DNA from: Nemertoderma westbladi
Taxonomy: Eukaryota > Animalia > Xenacoelomorpha
NCBI GenBank assembly: GCA_032718475.1
Contig: JAUCBJ010004188.1
Coordinates: 54,309 to 118,308 of the forward strand
Reading direction: 5' to 3'
Length of the DNA stretch: 64,000 nt
This document shows positions 24,301 to 37,000 of the stretch, piece after piece. Position 1 is the stretch's first letter. Every line of letters starts with the position of its first letter. The position numbers and the translations under genes were made by a program. The notes under the pieces are model-generated. The model was not told the origin of the DNA, did not search any database, and saw nothing but the letters and a program-made list of their open reading frames with translations.

Positions 24301-27300
24301 AAGTTCGAGTTGGTGTAGGAGCCACAGGGTTGGAAGAGGTTGGAGTTGATGTGGGAGCCACAGGGTTGGAGTTGGTGTGGGAGCCACAGGGTTGGAAGAG
24401 GTTGGAGTTGGTGCGGGAGCCACAGGTTTGGAGTTAGTGTAGGAGCCACAGGGTTGGAGTTGGTGCGGGAGCCACAGGTTTGGAGTTAGTGTAGGAGCCA
24501 CAGGGTTGGAAGAGGTTGGAGTTGGTGCGGGAGCCACAGGTTTGGAGTTAGTGTATGAGCCACAGGGTTGGAAGAAGTTGGAGTTGGTGTGGGAGCCACA
24601 GGGTTGGAAGAGGTTGGAGTTGGTGTAGGAGCCACAGGGTTGGAAGAGGTTGGAGTTGGTGTGGGAGCCACAGGGTTGTGAGAGGTTGGAGTTGGTGCGG
24701 GAGCCACAGGTTTGGAGTTAGTGTAGGAGCCACAGGGTTGGAAGAGGTTGGAGTTGGTGTAGGAGCCACAGGGTTGGAAGAGGTTGGAGTTGGTGTGGGA
24801 GCCACAGGGTTGTGAGAGGTTGGAGTTGGTGCGGGAGCCACAGGTTTGGAGTTGGTGTGGGAGCCACAGGGTTGTAAGAAGTTCGAGTTGGTGTAGGAGC
24901 CACAGGGTTGGAAGGGGTTGGAGTTGATGTGGGAGCCACAGGGTTGGAGTTGGTGTGGGGGCCACAGGGTTGGAAGAGGTTAGAGTTGGTGTGGGAGCCA
25001 CAGGGTTGGAAGAAGTTGGAGTTGGTGTGGGAGCCACAGGGTTGGTAGAAATTGGAGTTGGTGTGGGAGCCACAGGATTGTAAGAGGTTAGAGTTGGTGT
25101 GGGAGCCACAGGGTTGGAGTTGATGTGGCAGCCACAGGGTTGGAAGAGGTTAGAGTTGGTGTGGGAGCCACAGTGTTGGAAGAGGTTAGAGTTGGAGTGG
25201 AAGCCACAGGGTTGGAAGAGGTTAGAGTTGGTGTGGGAGCCACAGAGTTGGAAGAAGTTGAAGTTGATGTGGGAGCCACAGGGTTTGAAGAGGTTAGAGT
25301 TGGTGTGGGAACCACATGGTTGGAAGAGGTTAGAGTTGGATTGGGAGCCACAGGGTTGGAAGAGGTTGGAGTTTGTTGTGGGAGCCACAGGGTTGGAAGA
25401 GGTTGGAGTTGGTGTGGGAGCCACAGGGTTGGAAGAGGTTAGAGTTGGTGTGGGAGCCACAGGATTTGAAGAGGTTGGAGTTGGTGCGGGAGGCACATGG
25501 TTGGTAGAGGTTGGAGTTGGTGTGGGAGCCACAGGGTTGGAAGGGGTTGGAGTTGGTGTGGGAGCCAAATGGTTGGAAGAGGTTGGAGTTGGTGTAGGAG
25601 CCACAGGGTTGTAAGAGGTTTGTGTTGGTGTGGCAGCCACAGGGTTGTAAGAGTTTGGAGTTGGGGTGGGAGCCACAGGGTTGGAAGAAGTTGGAGTTGA
25701 TGTGGGAGCCGCAGGGTTGGAAGAGGTTGGAGTTGGTGTGGCAGCCACGTGGTTGGAAGAGGTTGGAGTTGGTGTAGGAGCCACAGGGTTGTAAGAGGTT
25801 TGTGTTGGTGTGGCAGCCACAGGGTTGTAAGAGTTTGGAGTTGGGGTGGGAGCCACAGGGTTGGAAGAAGTTGGAGTTGATGTGGGAGCCGCAGGGTTGG
25901 AAGAGGTTGGAGTTGGTGTGGCAGCCACGGGGTTGGAAGAGGTTGGAGTTGGTGTGGGAGCCACAGGGTTGGAACAGGTTGGAGTTGGTGTGGGAGGCAG
26001 AGGGTTGGAGTTGGTGTAGGAGCCACAGGGTTGGAAGAGGTTGGAGTTGGTGTAGTAGCCACAGGGTTGGAAGAGGTTGGAGTTGGTGTGGGAGCCACAG
26101 GGTTGTGAGAGGTTCGAGTTAGTGTGGGAGCTGGGAGCCACAGGGTTGGAAGAGGTTGGAGTTGGTGCGGGAACCACAGGTTTGGAGTTGGTGTAGGAGC
26201 CAGAGGGTTGGAAGAAGTTGGAGTTGGTGTGGGAGCCACAGGGTTGTAAGAGGTTGGAGTTGGTGTAGGAGCCACAGGGTTGGAAGAGGTTGGAGTTGGT
26301 GTGGGAGCCACAGGGTTGTAAGAAGTTCGAGTTGGTGTAGGAGCCACAGGGTTGGAAGAGGTTGGAGTTGATGTGGGAGCCACAGGGTTGGAGTTGGTGT
26401 GGGAGCCACAGGGTTGGAAGAGGTTGGAGTTGGTGCGGGAGCCACAGGTTTGGAGTTGGTGTAGGAGCCAGAGGGTTGGAAGAAGTTGGAGTTGGTGTGG
26501 GAGCCACAGGGTTGTAAGAGGTTGGAGTTGGTGTAGGAGCCACAGGGTTGGAAGAGGTTGGAGTTGGTGTGGGAGCCACAGGGTTGTAAGAAGTTCGAGT
26601 TGGTGTAGGAGCCACAGGGTTGGAAGAGGTTGGAGTTGGTGTGGGAGCCACAGTGTTGTGAGAGGTTCGAGTTGGTGTGGCAGCCACAGGGTTGGAAGAG
26701 GTTGAAGTTGGTGTGGGAGCCACAGGGTTGGAAGAGGTTGGAGTTGGTGCGGGAGCCACAGGTTTGGAGTTAGTGTAGGAGCCACAGGGTTGGAGTTGGT
26801 GCGGGAGCCACAGGTTTGGAGTTAGTGTAGGAGCCACAGGGTTGGAAGAGGTTGGAGTTGGTGCGGGAGCCACAGGTTTGGAGTTAGTGTATGAGCCACA
26901 GGGTTGGAAGAAGTTGGAGTTGGTGTGGGAGCCACAGGGTTGGAAGAGGTTGGAGTTGGTGTAGGAGCCACAGGGTTGGAAGAGGTTGGAGTTGGTGTGG
27001 GAGCCACAGGGTTGTAAGAAGTTCGAGTTGGTGTAGGAGCCACAGGGTTGGAAGTGGTTGGAGTTGATGTGGGAGCCACAGGGTTGGAGTTGGTGTGGGA
27101 GCCACAGGGTTGGAAGAGGTTGGAGTTGGTGCGGGAGCCACAGGTTTGGAGTTAGTGTAGGAGCCACAGGGTTGGAAGAGGTTGGAGTTGGTGCGGGAGC
27201 CACAGGTTTGGAGTTAGTGTAGGAGTCACAGGGTTGGAAGAGGTTGGAGTTGGTGCGGGAGCCACAGGTTTGGAGTTAGTGTATGAGCCACAGGGTTGGA

Positions 27301-27375
27301 AGAAGTTGGAGTTGGTGTGGGAGCCACAGGGTTGGAAGAAGTTGGAGTTGGTGTGGGAGCCACAGGGTTGGAAGA
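21400..27375. repeat. ~5.6-kb G-rich satellite, 36-bp unit GGGAGCCACAGGGTTGGAAGAGGTTGGAGTTGGTGT with 26-bp variants
   Basis: Direct reading; variant patterns recur in larger blocks (e.g. 23180-24550 resembles 25095-26900). Confidence 0.95.
21422..21725. mobile_element. Foldback/Mutator-like MITE with 15-bp repeats (GGACAATTGCGACCC)
   Basis: Tandem GGACAATTGCGACCC on the left, inverted GGGTCGCAATTGTCC on the right. A 9-bp TSD GGTTGGAGG lies at 21413-21421 and 21726-21734. Confidence 0.8.
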
Positions 27376-28259
27376 ATACAAATAGTGTTACATGTTACAA
27401 CGATTCTATCTTTACTTTAAATTAACTTTATAGAATTCCTTAAATAATAAAAATGAACGGTTTTCCTTAAACCTGGTGACACTAGATGATATCTTAATGT
27501 GAAACAAACCCATTGTCAAATACCACCCTCTATTCAACTTCCGGAATTAATTATATAACGGAAGTTATTAGTTAAAATTAAAAATTCGACGCGGGATGGG
27601 GGCACTATTGACGCAAATCCCAACTCGCAGAATAACATGTTAATTATCATAAAGAGAAATTGCTAGAATATAGTGAGATGTTACTATTCTAACCAAAACA
27701 ATAAACGAAAATCAATACCGGTAGCACAGGCTAAATAATCATTTCTGTGCTATTAATCAGCTGTTATTTGAGTTGATTTTGCACTGGATCCATATCTTAT
27801 AATGTGAACATTAAGGAATAAAAAATGATATAGAATGTTACTTCTTACTTACAATTATTATTCCTGTGCTTGTATATTACATTAAAAACTACAATATATA
27901 TAAATAAATAAACTTTAAATTAGTTCTCTTAAGCTCTGTTATTCAATAAAACAGTTACAAAATCTATCTGAGAACAGTCACACCAGACATGGCTGAGCTA
28001 AATCAATATCGTGTACTTTTGCATTAACTATGAACTAAATTTATGTAAAATGTTATTATCACAAAAAAAAGCTCAATCTCATCTCAAAAAAAGCTAACTA
28101 ACTCACTCAATATCGCACTATAACTCAGTCTAACCAATCCAGTCAAAGCACCCCTCACATCCAGACTGATAAAATGCCTCAATATTACGTATTCAACAAC
28201 ATTTGTACGCTACGGCCAGGTGGTTCATCTACAAAACTAACAAATTAATGAAGTTCATT

Positions 28260-28613
28260 TTATTTTGAAGTAGACTCCTTTAAATAAGCTATCAAATCGG
28301 CTCGTTCTTTTGGTTTCTTTAATCCAGCGAACACCATCTTGGTTCCGGGTATATACTTCTTCGGGTTGTTGAGGTATTGGTACAGAGTGGCTTCCCCCCA
28401 AGTGATTCCTTTACTTTTATTGGCCTCCGTGTAGTCGAACCCCGGCGCCTGGCCGGTCTTCCGCCCAAACAAACCGAACAGATTCGGACCAGTTCTATGT
28501 CCCCCGTTCTGCTCTACCGTGTGGCATTGGTCGCATTTCTGTATAAAGATTTTCTTCCCCTTGGCTGCGTCTCCCCCTTCCGGCATTGTGTCCGATCCTT
28601 TCTTTGGAGGCAT
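28260..28613 (-). CDS. CYCS: Mitochondrial-type cytochrome c, intronless CDS with N-terminal extension
   Basis: [10 protein letters not shown], heme-binding [21 protein letters not shown] and the conserved [17 protein letters not shown] including the axial Met. Confidence 0.96.
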   Translation of the reverse strand: MPPKKGSDTMPEGGDAAKGKKIFIQKCDQCHTVEQNGGHRTGPNLFGLFGRKTGQAPGFDYTEANKSKGITWGEATLYQYLNNPKKYIPGTKMVFAGLKKPKERADLIAYLKESTSK

Positions 28614-29728
28614 TTTAGCTTAAATTGTTTATGTAGGCCTATAGAACTCAGGTGGTTCGGTATCGGTCAGTCGGTGCTGATGAATATCAATATTCTGACA
28701 GTCAATGTGGAGTACGATGAATGAGGTGCCGGTCCCGATACTGCAATAAATAGTTTATACTATTAGGCCTATAGTTTACTGTCAATCTCAACACTACCAA
28801 CTACCGGTTCAGGGGTTTCAGGGTTTGTTCAGTAATTCAGTAATTGTCCGATTGTGTACTGTAGTTCTGTAGTTGCAAGTACCGGGTACAGAAGTAAAGG
28901 CAGAAAGAATGAAGACGGCCTACCTACAGTAGGTTGTAGATCATTATTTTGTTTCTATACTCTGGCTGTCTAGTACAGCGGTACAGGGTAAATGTAATGT
29001 GCAGATGTGCGATGCTTGTATCCCACACCCACTTTCGTTTCATATTGTACCACCAGCCAGAAATTACAAACTGGCATCGTACTGGCTGAACAGTCAACGC
29101 GAAAACAGTTTGTACTGTAAAAGAGGGGATGTGGCAGGCGTCAATTCATAGGGAAGTAGGGGGTATTGAGCCTGCGACCCCCCCCCCCCCCCCTGGATTT
29201 ATATAATATATAATTTACAGGGCGCTCATTTGAATAATGTAAAATTGTGCTACTTATGTATATGTATTCCATGGCCCGTAACATCAGAATAGAGTCATTT
29301 TCTGATAACACGGACCCCACCCCCTGCTAAATCTTTCTACAAATCTTTATCATATTGCTTGAAATTTGAAACACAACTAGTTCAACTCACTGTCGACGCC
29401 GGAATTTTCGATTTTGCCTTTAAATTTTTTTATAGGCGTTTTAGAAACGTGTCTTTTGCGAAATCGCACCCTCCGTATCGTGGCCATTTTTCAGATTAGT
29501 CGTAACTTTTCATATCATTAGAAAGCTTGCGTTGCTAGGATTCGAAATATGTAACAATATCTGAATTTCGTTAGAAACAGCTGAGATATAGGCGTTCAAA
29601 GATTGCAAGAATTATCGTTCGTTGCAGGCCATTTATTATATTTAATAAATAAACAAAATTCTAGAATGTGTTATGTATTTTATGAGTTGGTAGGCAACAG
29701 CGGAATGCCTACCCAATAGATCTATTGT

Positions 29729-30912
29729 TGTACGCGCTTTTGAAGACCTTTAGCAGTTTAACCTGCCAAAATTTATATGTCTTTTGGTTTATAAATAGAC
29801 TTTAGAAATTGACAAATATTTAATACCAATAAACACAACATTAGCAGAAGCCAGCCTAGTGCGCGTCCATTCACCTGCTGGATATACCCGGGAGACTGGA
29901 TTCTGAGGGCTTAGATTATTATTGCAGTGTAAGCTTACTGTATTATTCGATTGATCGTTAATAAATAATTTCTGACCAATATTATTCACTTTCGGGAAAT
30001 ATTAACAGTTCCTTTAGGACGTGGCGCTCTATCTAGGTAAACAGAGCTATGACTTATACTAAACACAACGGTAAGTCGGTAAGGCTTATGATTCACGTAT
30101 GAGGCGCATTCTTTAGGAAATGCTTAGTTATCAGCCACAATCATGCACACTACCGGTAACACACAATACTGCACACTAATTTGCCGACCGTCAATGAATT
30201 TTATCATATATAAAGAGAACAGCAATTGACTCATGTAGTGCTTATCAAATAGCATTAAATTAACTACAAACCACAATAATATAAGTCGCAATCGCTATAT
30301 GTAACCTGTCTCTCTAACCTGTAGTGTATCAAGAAAATTGGGAAATTTGGGTTCTTTATATATGTTCTCCAAATAATGTTCAACCAACTGATACAAAATA
30401 TGACAACAGTAAAAAGCATTAAGACGGTAGGTTAAGATATGATATCACAAGTGATTGTTATGATATGGACCGATAACAGTTATACGCTCTATAATCTTAA
30501 GCCTACTAATGTTTCTTCTAAAGTCTGAAACGAATTGACTCTAGAGCCGGTGTTCCTGGCCTAGATAGAAACAACACAACAGTATCAAGAAAAACAGTAA
30601 GACTGAACACTCCTAGCACGATCTGCCAAATATCTCCACATCGACAGAAAAAATCGCTCTGATTGGCTGTTAAGCTAAACAAAGAACCATGTGTCCAATG
30701 GCCGTTTCCATGTCAGCAACCAGCTGTTAGATGTCGTAATCTGAATCATCAAGGCTAAGCTGTGCCAGGGTATTTAACGCATTTGCGGGTTTTTTGCCTT
30801 ACCATGTCCGCCAAAGCACACATATAGAAGAATGACTTTTATGTCCGTTAAAACACCTATAACGGTACCTTGCGGGCGAGGGGGACTGAGTATATCCGCA
30901 AAAGCTTTTACA
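29729..30912 (-). repeat. 3' LTR (1184 bp)
   Basis: Matches 40611-41794 with only 4 substitutions noticed by eye. It is preceded on the minus strand by a short purine-rich tract GGAGCGG (candidate PPT). Confidence 0.95.
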
Positions 30913-30937
30913 CCGCTCCAGGAAATTGGATTCAAGT

Positions 30938-32437
30938 TTATAAATATACAAAAATCACAGTTTCTAATATATGTAAATACTCTAAACAGCTAGCCTTTCT
31001 TGCGCGGACGGCGTTTACGCAGTTTTTTAAAGCTGGCCAGAGTCCTTTCTCTTTGGGGCGAGCCACTTTACAAGGAGGGCTATAACTCCTGGGTGAAGGG
31101 TGCAATATGATTGCATCAGAGGGTGTAGGATTATGGTCGGTATATCCGCCAGTCGAAGTGCCGGGTTGATTGACATCAACGTCGGGGGAGAGGGGTCTAA
31201 CGGCTTTGAGAGCGCGTTTTAAGACAGCCGCTCTTACGGGTCCTTTACGAGTGGTCTGAACGAGAGCCGTGGGTGGACCATAGGCAGTCAGAAACCTCCT
31301 GGGTTTAATGGTTCTTTCCAACTCGCGTTCGCGGACTCGGTATTCGTAAGGCCGTCGATATACTTCCTGTAACTCGGGGTGTGAGTTAACAAATAAGTCT
31401 TCATAGTCCGGATCCTGACGGATATAATTGATTAAGTTATAGGAATGAAGGTCGCTAGGATTAACACTCCTGAGAAATTTGCGCACGAACTTGGTTGAAA
31501 TACATTCTCCGACGCGCTTCAGTAGTTCGTAACTCGATATGCGTGATTTCTGTTCGACAGAAGCGAATAGATAAGGATGGAACGCATAAACTCCTTAGTA
31601 AGCGCGTCCAGGATAATAGCGATGGCGCGAATCACAATGTAAATCAGCGTTCGCTTCCCAAGCTCTGATGTAACGTAGTGTGATCATTTCATCTACGCTT
31701 TCCAAATCGTGATTAAAAGGGCAATCGAAACTGGCGTGTCTCTTTATTTGACAATGGTGACATTGAGTCATAAATTGAGGGTAAACCGCAAAAATGTGCA
31801 AGTTATTGAGTCTGCAATACGCGCAATAAATTTCCATCGCCGGTTGTTCGTGGTAATAGGAACAGCGGACGTTTGTGTCCATGGGCGTAACATGGTCTCT
31901 CGATGCGCATAACCGACAACGTTGCCGAGAAACATAGTTGGCATGGCGATAATCGTACGCAGTGAGACACTGTGGACCTTGATACCATTCTAGGATGTAA
32001 TCGTTGTCGATGTTCCGGGCGCGATAGGCTGAATCTCCTCAGATTCTAGGCATATTGGTTCATCTTCCCAGTCTGTTACGAATAGAATTTTCGTGATCTA
32101 TTCTCGGTTTATCTTTACGACTCCGCTGGGTATGATATTTAAATAGAACCATTTCCCTTTCGGTGTCTACATCGTCCGTATCATGTAAATTGATAGGATG
32201 GCCGGTAGTTAGGAAGTCCATATACGTACTATTATGATGCGTATAGCGAGCGGTGAATTTTCGATAGTCCAATTCACGCGTAAGTTGCTCTTGGGACATC
32301 GGCGGTTCGATATAACGACCATCGTCCTCCGTAATGGTTGGATCGGTTTCACCGCGTATCAAGCTATCCACAAATGCTTGTAAAGGTAGAGTATATCGCT
32401 CCCTGATACCAAGATCATCTTCTATCAACTCCGTCAT
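30938..32437 (-). pseudogene. Accessory 500-codon reading frame of the Bel/Pao element with zinc-knuckle-like motifs, interrupted by 3 in-frame stops
   Basis: Track ORFs 32060-32437, 31595-31882 and 30938-31486 share one frame. The only internal stops are TGA 32062-60, TGA 32041-39 and TAA 31597-95. It contains CHHCQIKRHASFDC (CX2CX4HX4C). Confidence 0.7.
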
Positions 32438-33257
32438 ATCTGCTATCTGAGTTTATTAATATCGAAATGAGTTTATGTTTAGGCGAGCGGACGTCGCTGC
32501 CTACCTCTCTTTGCCCCCGGACAGTGGGATTCTCAGCGCCGATGTACCGTCGTCGCGGTGTTTACGCCAACATGTAGCAACAGCACGACAACGATAACCG
32601 GCACAAGTCACTCCACTGTCCATCCCAAAGGCTTGAATCCACTTTAGGTTCTTTCTATAGGAGAGTTGGGTTACTTTCACAATTGCGACTAGCTACTGTA
32701 AACATACTTTAGCAGTAACATTCACCTATAAATGCACAAATTCCACACAACTGTCACCAATTGTACACATACAGACCTTTTGTCCGTTAGTCAGTGCCTT
32801 CCAGAATGTCACGTTATTACTGTGTATCCTTGGATACTAACAGTGTGCTATGTATTCTCTATGCTATGCAATGGGACAAGCTTTCTATTGTTCTTTTAAC
32901 TGGCTTCTAATTCTAGCGTGGGTGTTGCTATGGTGACATTATGGAATGCTAGCGGTAGAATTAGGGTAATTCTCATGCATACAGATCTGGGATGCTATTT
33001 AATAGTAATTCTTTAATTGTCAATATCCTCTTTATGCATGATTTTATTAATTTTATCGGCTATTGACTATATGTTGGAGATTCTCGCACTCTAATACACT
33101 CAATAGGATGAATCTCCGCTCCCATGATCTATTAATTAATGGAATTTTGGGAATGTTATAAATTGCACAAAATGACAATTTATGAAATTCATTTAAATAT
33201 GAATTTAAATTTATTCCCGTGAATTTTATTATTTGATGTTAAAATTGACACAATTTT

Positions 33258-33517
33258 TTATTCCAGAGCATGTCTGGGGACTGAGGATCCCTAATTCTAT
33301 AAAATTGTCTTTTAAGAGTATCGGTAAGTGCTTCGATATCTTAATTGACTAGAAATTTTAAAGGATCTGAATTTTACAGATTTTAATAAATATTAAATTA
33401 ATATTTAAGATGGGCACCGATTTATTCCAGAACTTGTCTGGGGACGTTAACCACTGATTCTAGAATTTGTCTTTCAAGTATATCGGTGGGTGCCGCGATA
33501 TCTTAATCGACTAGAAT
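33258..33517. repeat. Diverged ~100-bp direct duplication (period ~163) in the 3' internal region
   Basis: TTTATTCCAGA..TGTCTGGGGAC..TATCGGT..CGATATCTTAAT.GACTAGAA at 33258 and 33421. Confidence 0.7.
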
Positions 33518-34066
33518 TACAGATGGTCAAAAGGTTTAACAGATTTATTTGCGTTTTACGCTACTGTTATATGGACATCACGCTACTATATGTATTATTT
33601 AATATAAGGTAGAAGAGCAATATCGCACGAAGCAATGTCAGTGTGAAGAGGCAAGTCGTTTCCAAGGTCTACCCAGAGCTTGGTTTAGCCGAGACACGAG
33701 GATCTGAACTTTGCATTCCTAATACTCTGCCTACCAATAATACTTAAGTATAGTAGGAGCTTTATTGTACTTTAATAAGTACGGACATTTCATCTTACTG
33801 TAGTCACGTATTTATAATATGATACGGACAGTAAGGAAAGAGAAAAAATAATTATTTCTCGCCGTCGCACTAAATATATTATAAGTAATTACGTACGTAA
33901 TAAACACTAATATATTGCACTAATCTACTAAATAATCACAAAAATAACATTCTACTAAATAAAATTAAAGGAAATGATTATAATAAAATTACATAATAAT
34001 ACATACATAAATATAAAATAAAAACGAATATAAAATGATATAGTCACACGCCCACTCCATATGTTA

Positions 34067-37000
34067 TTACGTTATGGAGTCCCTAGATATTTGTCGGATT
34101 AGGGAAGTGGTCGTAGGAAGAGTATCTTGCCTTCCATAGTTTCCGGACAGTTTTCGGTCTCTTTCCAGTAAATATAAACGACTAGCTGGGCGATTGAGTT
34201 GTTGTGTTACTTTCTCCGCTCCCTTGGCCTGTCTAATCTCCGCCGTGGTAAGATGAGGAGGCCATTCTTCTTCTTCTTTACTTAAGAAGTCGGATCCACC
34301 TAACCAGCCTGGAGTATCTATCAGTTCTTGAGGAGTTGCTCCTCTGGAAGCGATGTCGGCTGGATTAATCGTCCCTAGGCAATGTCTCCATTGATCTACA
34401 TTGGAGTTAATAACGTCATTATCTGAGGAGTATGGTGTTCCCTCAGTTGGATCGTCCACATCACTGCTCTCCACTTCCCATTCCTTTACTTGGTATACCT
34501 GTTGTTGAGGTAATCTCTCTTTGAGAGTTCTACGGGAAGGGCCAGTGAAGTACCAACCTACTCTAGTTCTTACCGCATAGGTTTGTAGTGGCTGCGGTTG
34601 AGCAGGCCGTTTCTCCAATGTCTCGAGCGCCTCATGCGCGTTTTGGCCGATGAGTATTTGCACTCCAGGATAATCTGTCTGGAATCGAGGTATCTTAAGC
34701 TGTTGGATGCTCTCGTCCTCGTCCCAGTTATAAGGTTCTACTTGGGTAGTAGCAAAGTTCTTTATAGCCACCATTTTTACTGACCTTATACTTTGTTTTC
34801 CTAATTTATCCTGGGGGGTGGACAACGCACCTACATAGTAATCTGCCGTTATGGTAGATTTCCAAACCTGCATAATTCCGGACATATTCAACTTAGTTTG
34901 GAATTTGGGTTGTCCAGCAAAGATGTCTTCGGCTAGTTCTTGATCGATGAATGTTCCTGTGCTGCCGGAGTCAAGGAGGGCGTTCACTATGTAACTTTTG
35001 GTAGGACCTTGAACTCTTACCTGCACTACAGGAAATTCTCTGATTCCTACGTTGGAAGTTGGAGGTTTCCAAGATGGTTGTCTGTCAAAGGTAGTTGGGG
35101 GGAACTCATTGTCGGTGTCCTTTTCGTAAGTAAGTGCTCGATACACCGCGGTATTGATTAGGTAACAGGATTCGTTGGCGTCGGAGAATTCGTCAGTATA
35201 GAATCCTTCCATCTCAGACTCTTGATCAGCGTCATTTACATCACTGAATTGGACATGTAGTTCGGGCTCACTTACCTGACTCGGGTTGTTTCGTTCGAAT
35301 TCACTGTGTAACAAGATGTGATGTTTCGCACCGCACTTTGCACACCTTACGTCGGAGTAACAGGTTCGCCGTTGGTGTCCTTGTCTGAGGCAATTATAGC
35401 ATAACCGCTTATCCCACATGACTGCACGTCTGTCTACAAGGGATTTCTTTAGAAATTCAGCACACGCACTCAAACGGTGGGGCCCGTCGCACTGTGCACA
35501 GTTTGGTTTGATGTTACTCACTTTACCTTGGGTAACTTGATGCACTCTCATTCTTTCTTCGGGCTTTCTTCCGTGAATTCTCTTAGGAGACGTAGGAGGA
35601 GTTGTTGTTACCTGTTCTCTCCTGTCACTGGTTCGAGACTTATATTTACTTACGTCTTTATAGGTCTTGTTGTCATAGTAAGACTTTGCTGTGTCTTTCC
35701 CGCTGTCCTCTTCTTGAGAAGCTTGGCTTTCGCCGTCTTCAGTATAACACACTGGTATTATCCTTCTCCTAGAAACGGGTTTCTCACTTACCTTATTTTC
35801 CGATGTTTTCTCTCTGGACTGCTTTATGAGTTGTAATTTTACTTCACTATCTAAGAAGGACATGAGATCAGCCATGGTAGGGCTTCGTCGTTGCTGCTCA
35901 TTCATATACAACACTTTCTTGTCCCAGCTTGTACATACTCCACCCTTTGGCAAAGTAGAGACTACGGCTCCAATAACCATGGAACTCTGATATTCATGAG
36001 ACTTACCTAACCAGTCCAATTGTCTACAGATCTCCTGAATCTCATCGGAAAACTCTATAATCCCGCTACTAAGGAAGTTTCGGGGGGCTACTAATTTTGC
36101 ATACAAATACTTAGCTATGTTATCCTTGTTACCATACCTGATGTTTAATGTATCCCAAACTTGTCTTAATCCTTCTGGATGTCCAATAAACTTTAACGCC
36201 ATTAACTTGGGAGGTCCTTCCAAACACTTGATGAGGAACCTAAGTTTCTCTCCGTTAGATAGTACAGAGTTCTGTATGCTGTCTTTGTAATATTCATTGA
36301 AAGGTAACCATTTCATCTCATCCCCATTGAATTTGACGATCTCTCCCACTTTGACCGCTTGGCGGGCTTCTGTTCTAGCCATCTGACGCGTAAAGCTTTC
36401 TTGGGCCATCGTGTTATTTAATATCGAATTATCGGTATATAAATTTCTCGGATCATTATCAGGTCTATAGGTAATATCATTAACAACAGGTTTATAATCA
36501 CCCTTAGTAGGGTTTGCTATAGGAGTTTCTACTTCACTAGCAGTATAGATGCGTGTAGGCTCCACACCTTGCGCATGTAATACTTCAGACCTAACAGGTT
36601 GACACGATGTTACAGGGGGTATTGGTATACCCTTTTGTATATTGACTAATTTGTCGCGTTCCAGCGCGATACTTTGCTGCACTTCTTGCAATTCTGCCCT
36701 ACCTTCCCTTACTGTTCCCTTAAGTTGGTAGACAGTCTCCTGCATCTGTCCGAGCAGGAGATTCATCCCCCGCCGTCCCTCCTCTACCCACTCGACCGCC
36801 GAAGCAGGAGTCGCCAACATTGTAGCGGGCTGACGTGGGACGACGGGAGACAAATCTTTGATTTCTCTCTCAGCTTCCAGGACAGGGATATTCTCATGGA
36901 CTGTTCTACCGGGTACAGGCAGTGTAGTACTGTGTAGAGGGAATTTAGAGTTAAGCTCTGGAAGTACAGGGGTCTCTAGCACAGAAGTGGCTTTGGGAAC

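Noticed and set aside
22007-27425. Many overlapping ORFs on both strands, including the 905-aa and 523-aa ORFs
   Set aside because: Satellite read-outs that switch repeat frame internally; not annotated as CDS.
28377-28724. 115-aa plus-strand ORF
   Set aside because: Antisense overlap of cytochrome c with no independent features.
29789-29989. 66-aa ORF duplicated at 40671-40871
   Set aside because: Lies in the LTRs; identity reflects LTR duplication and there is no recognisable domain.
32447-32640. Upstream coding exon and 58-nt intron for the accessory ORF
   Set aside because: GTAGG..CTCAG could be an intron, but the in-frame upstream segment hits a TAA with no ATG after it; unsupported without RNA data.
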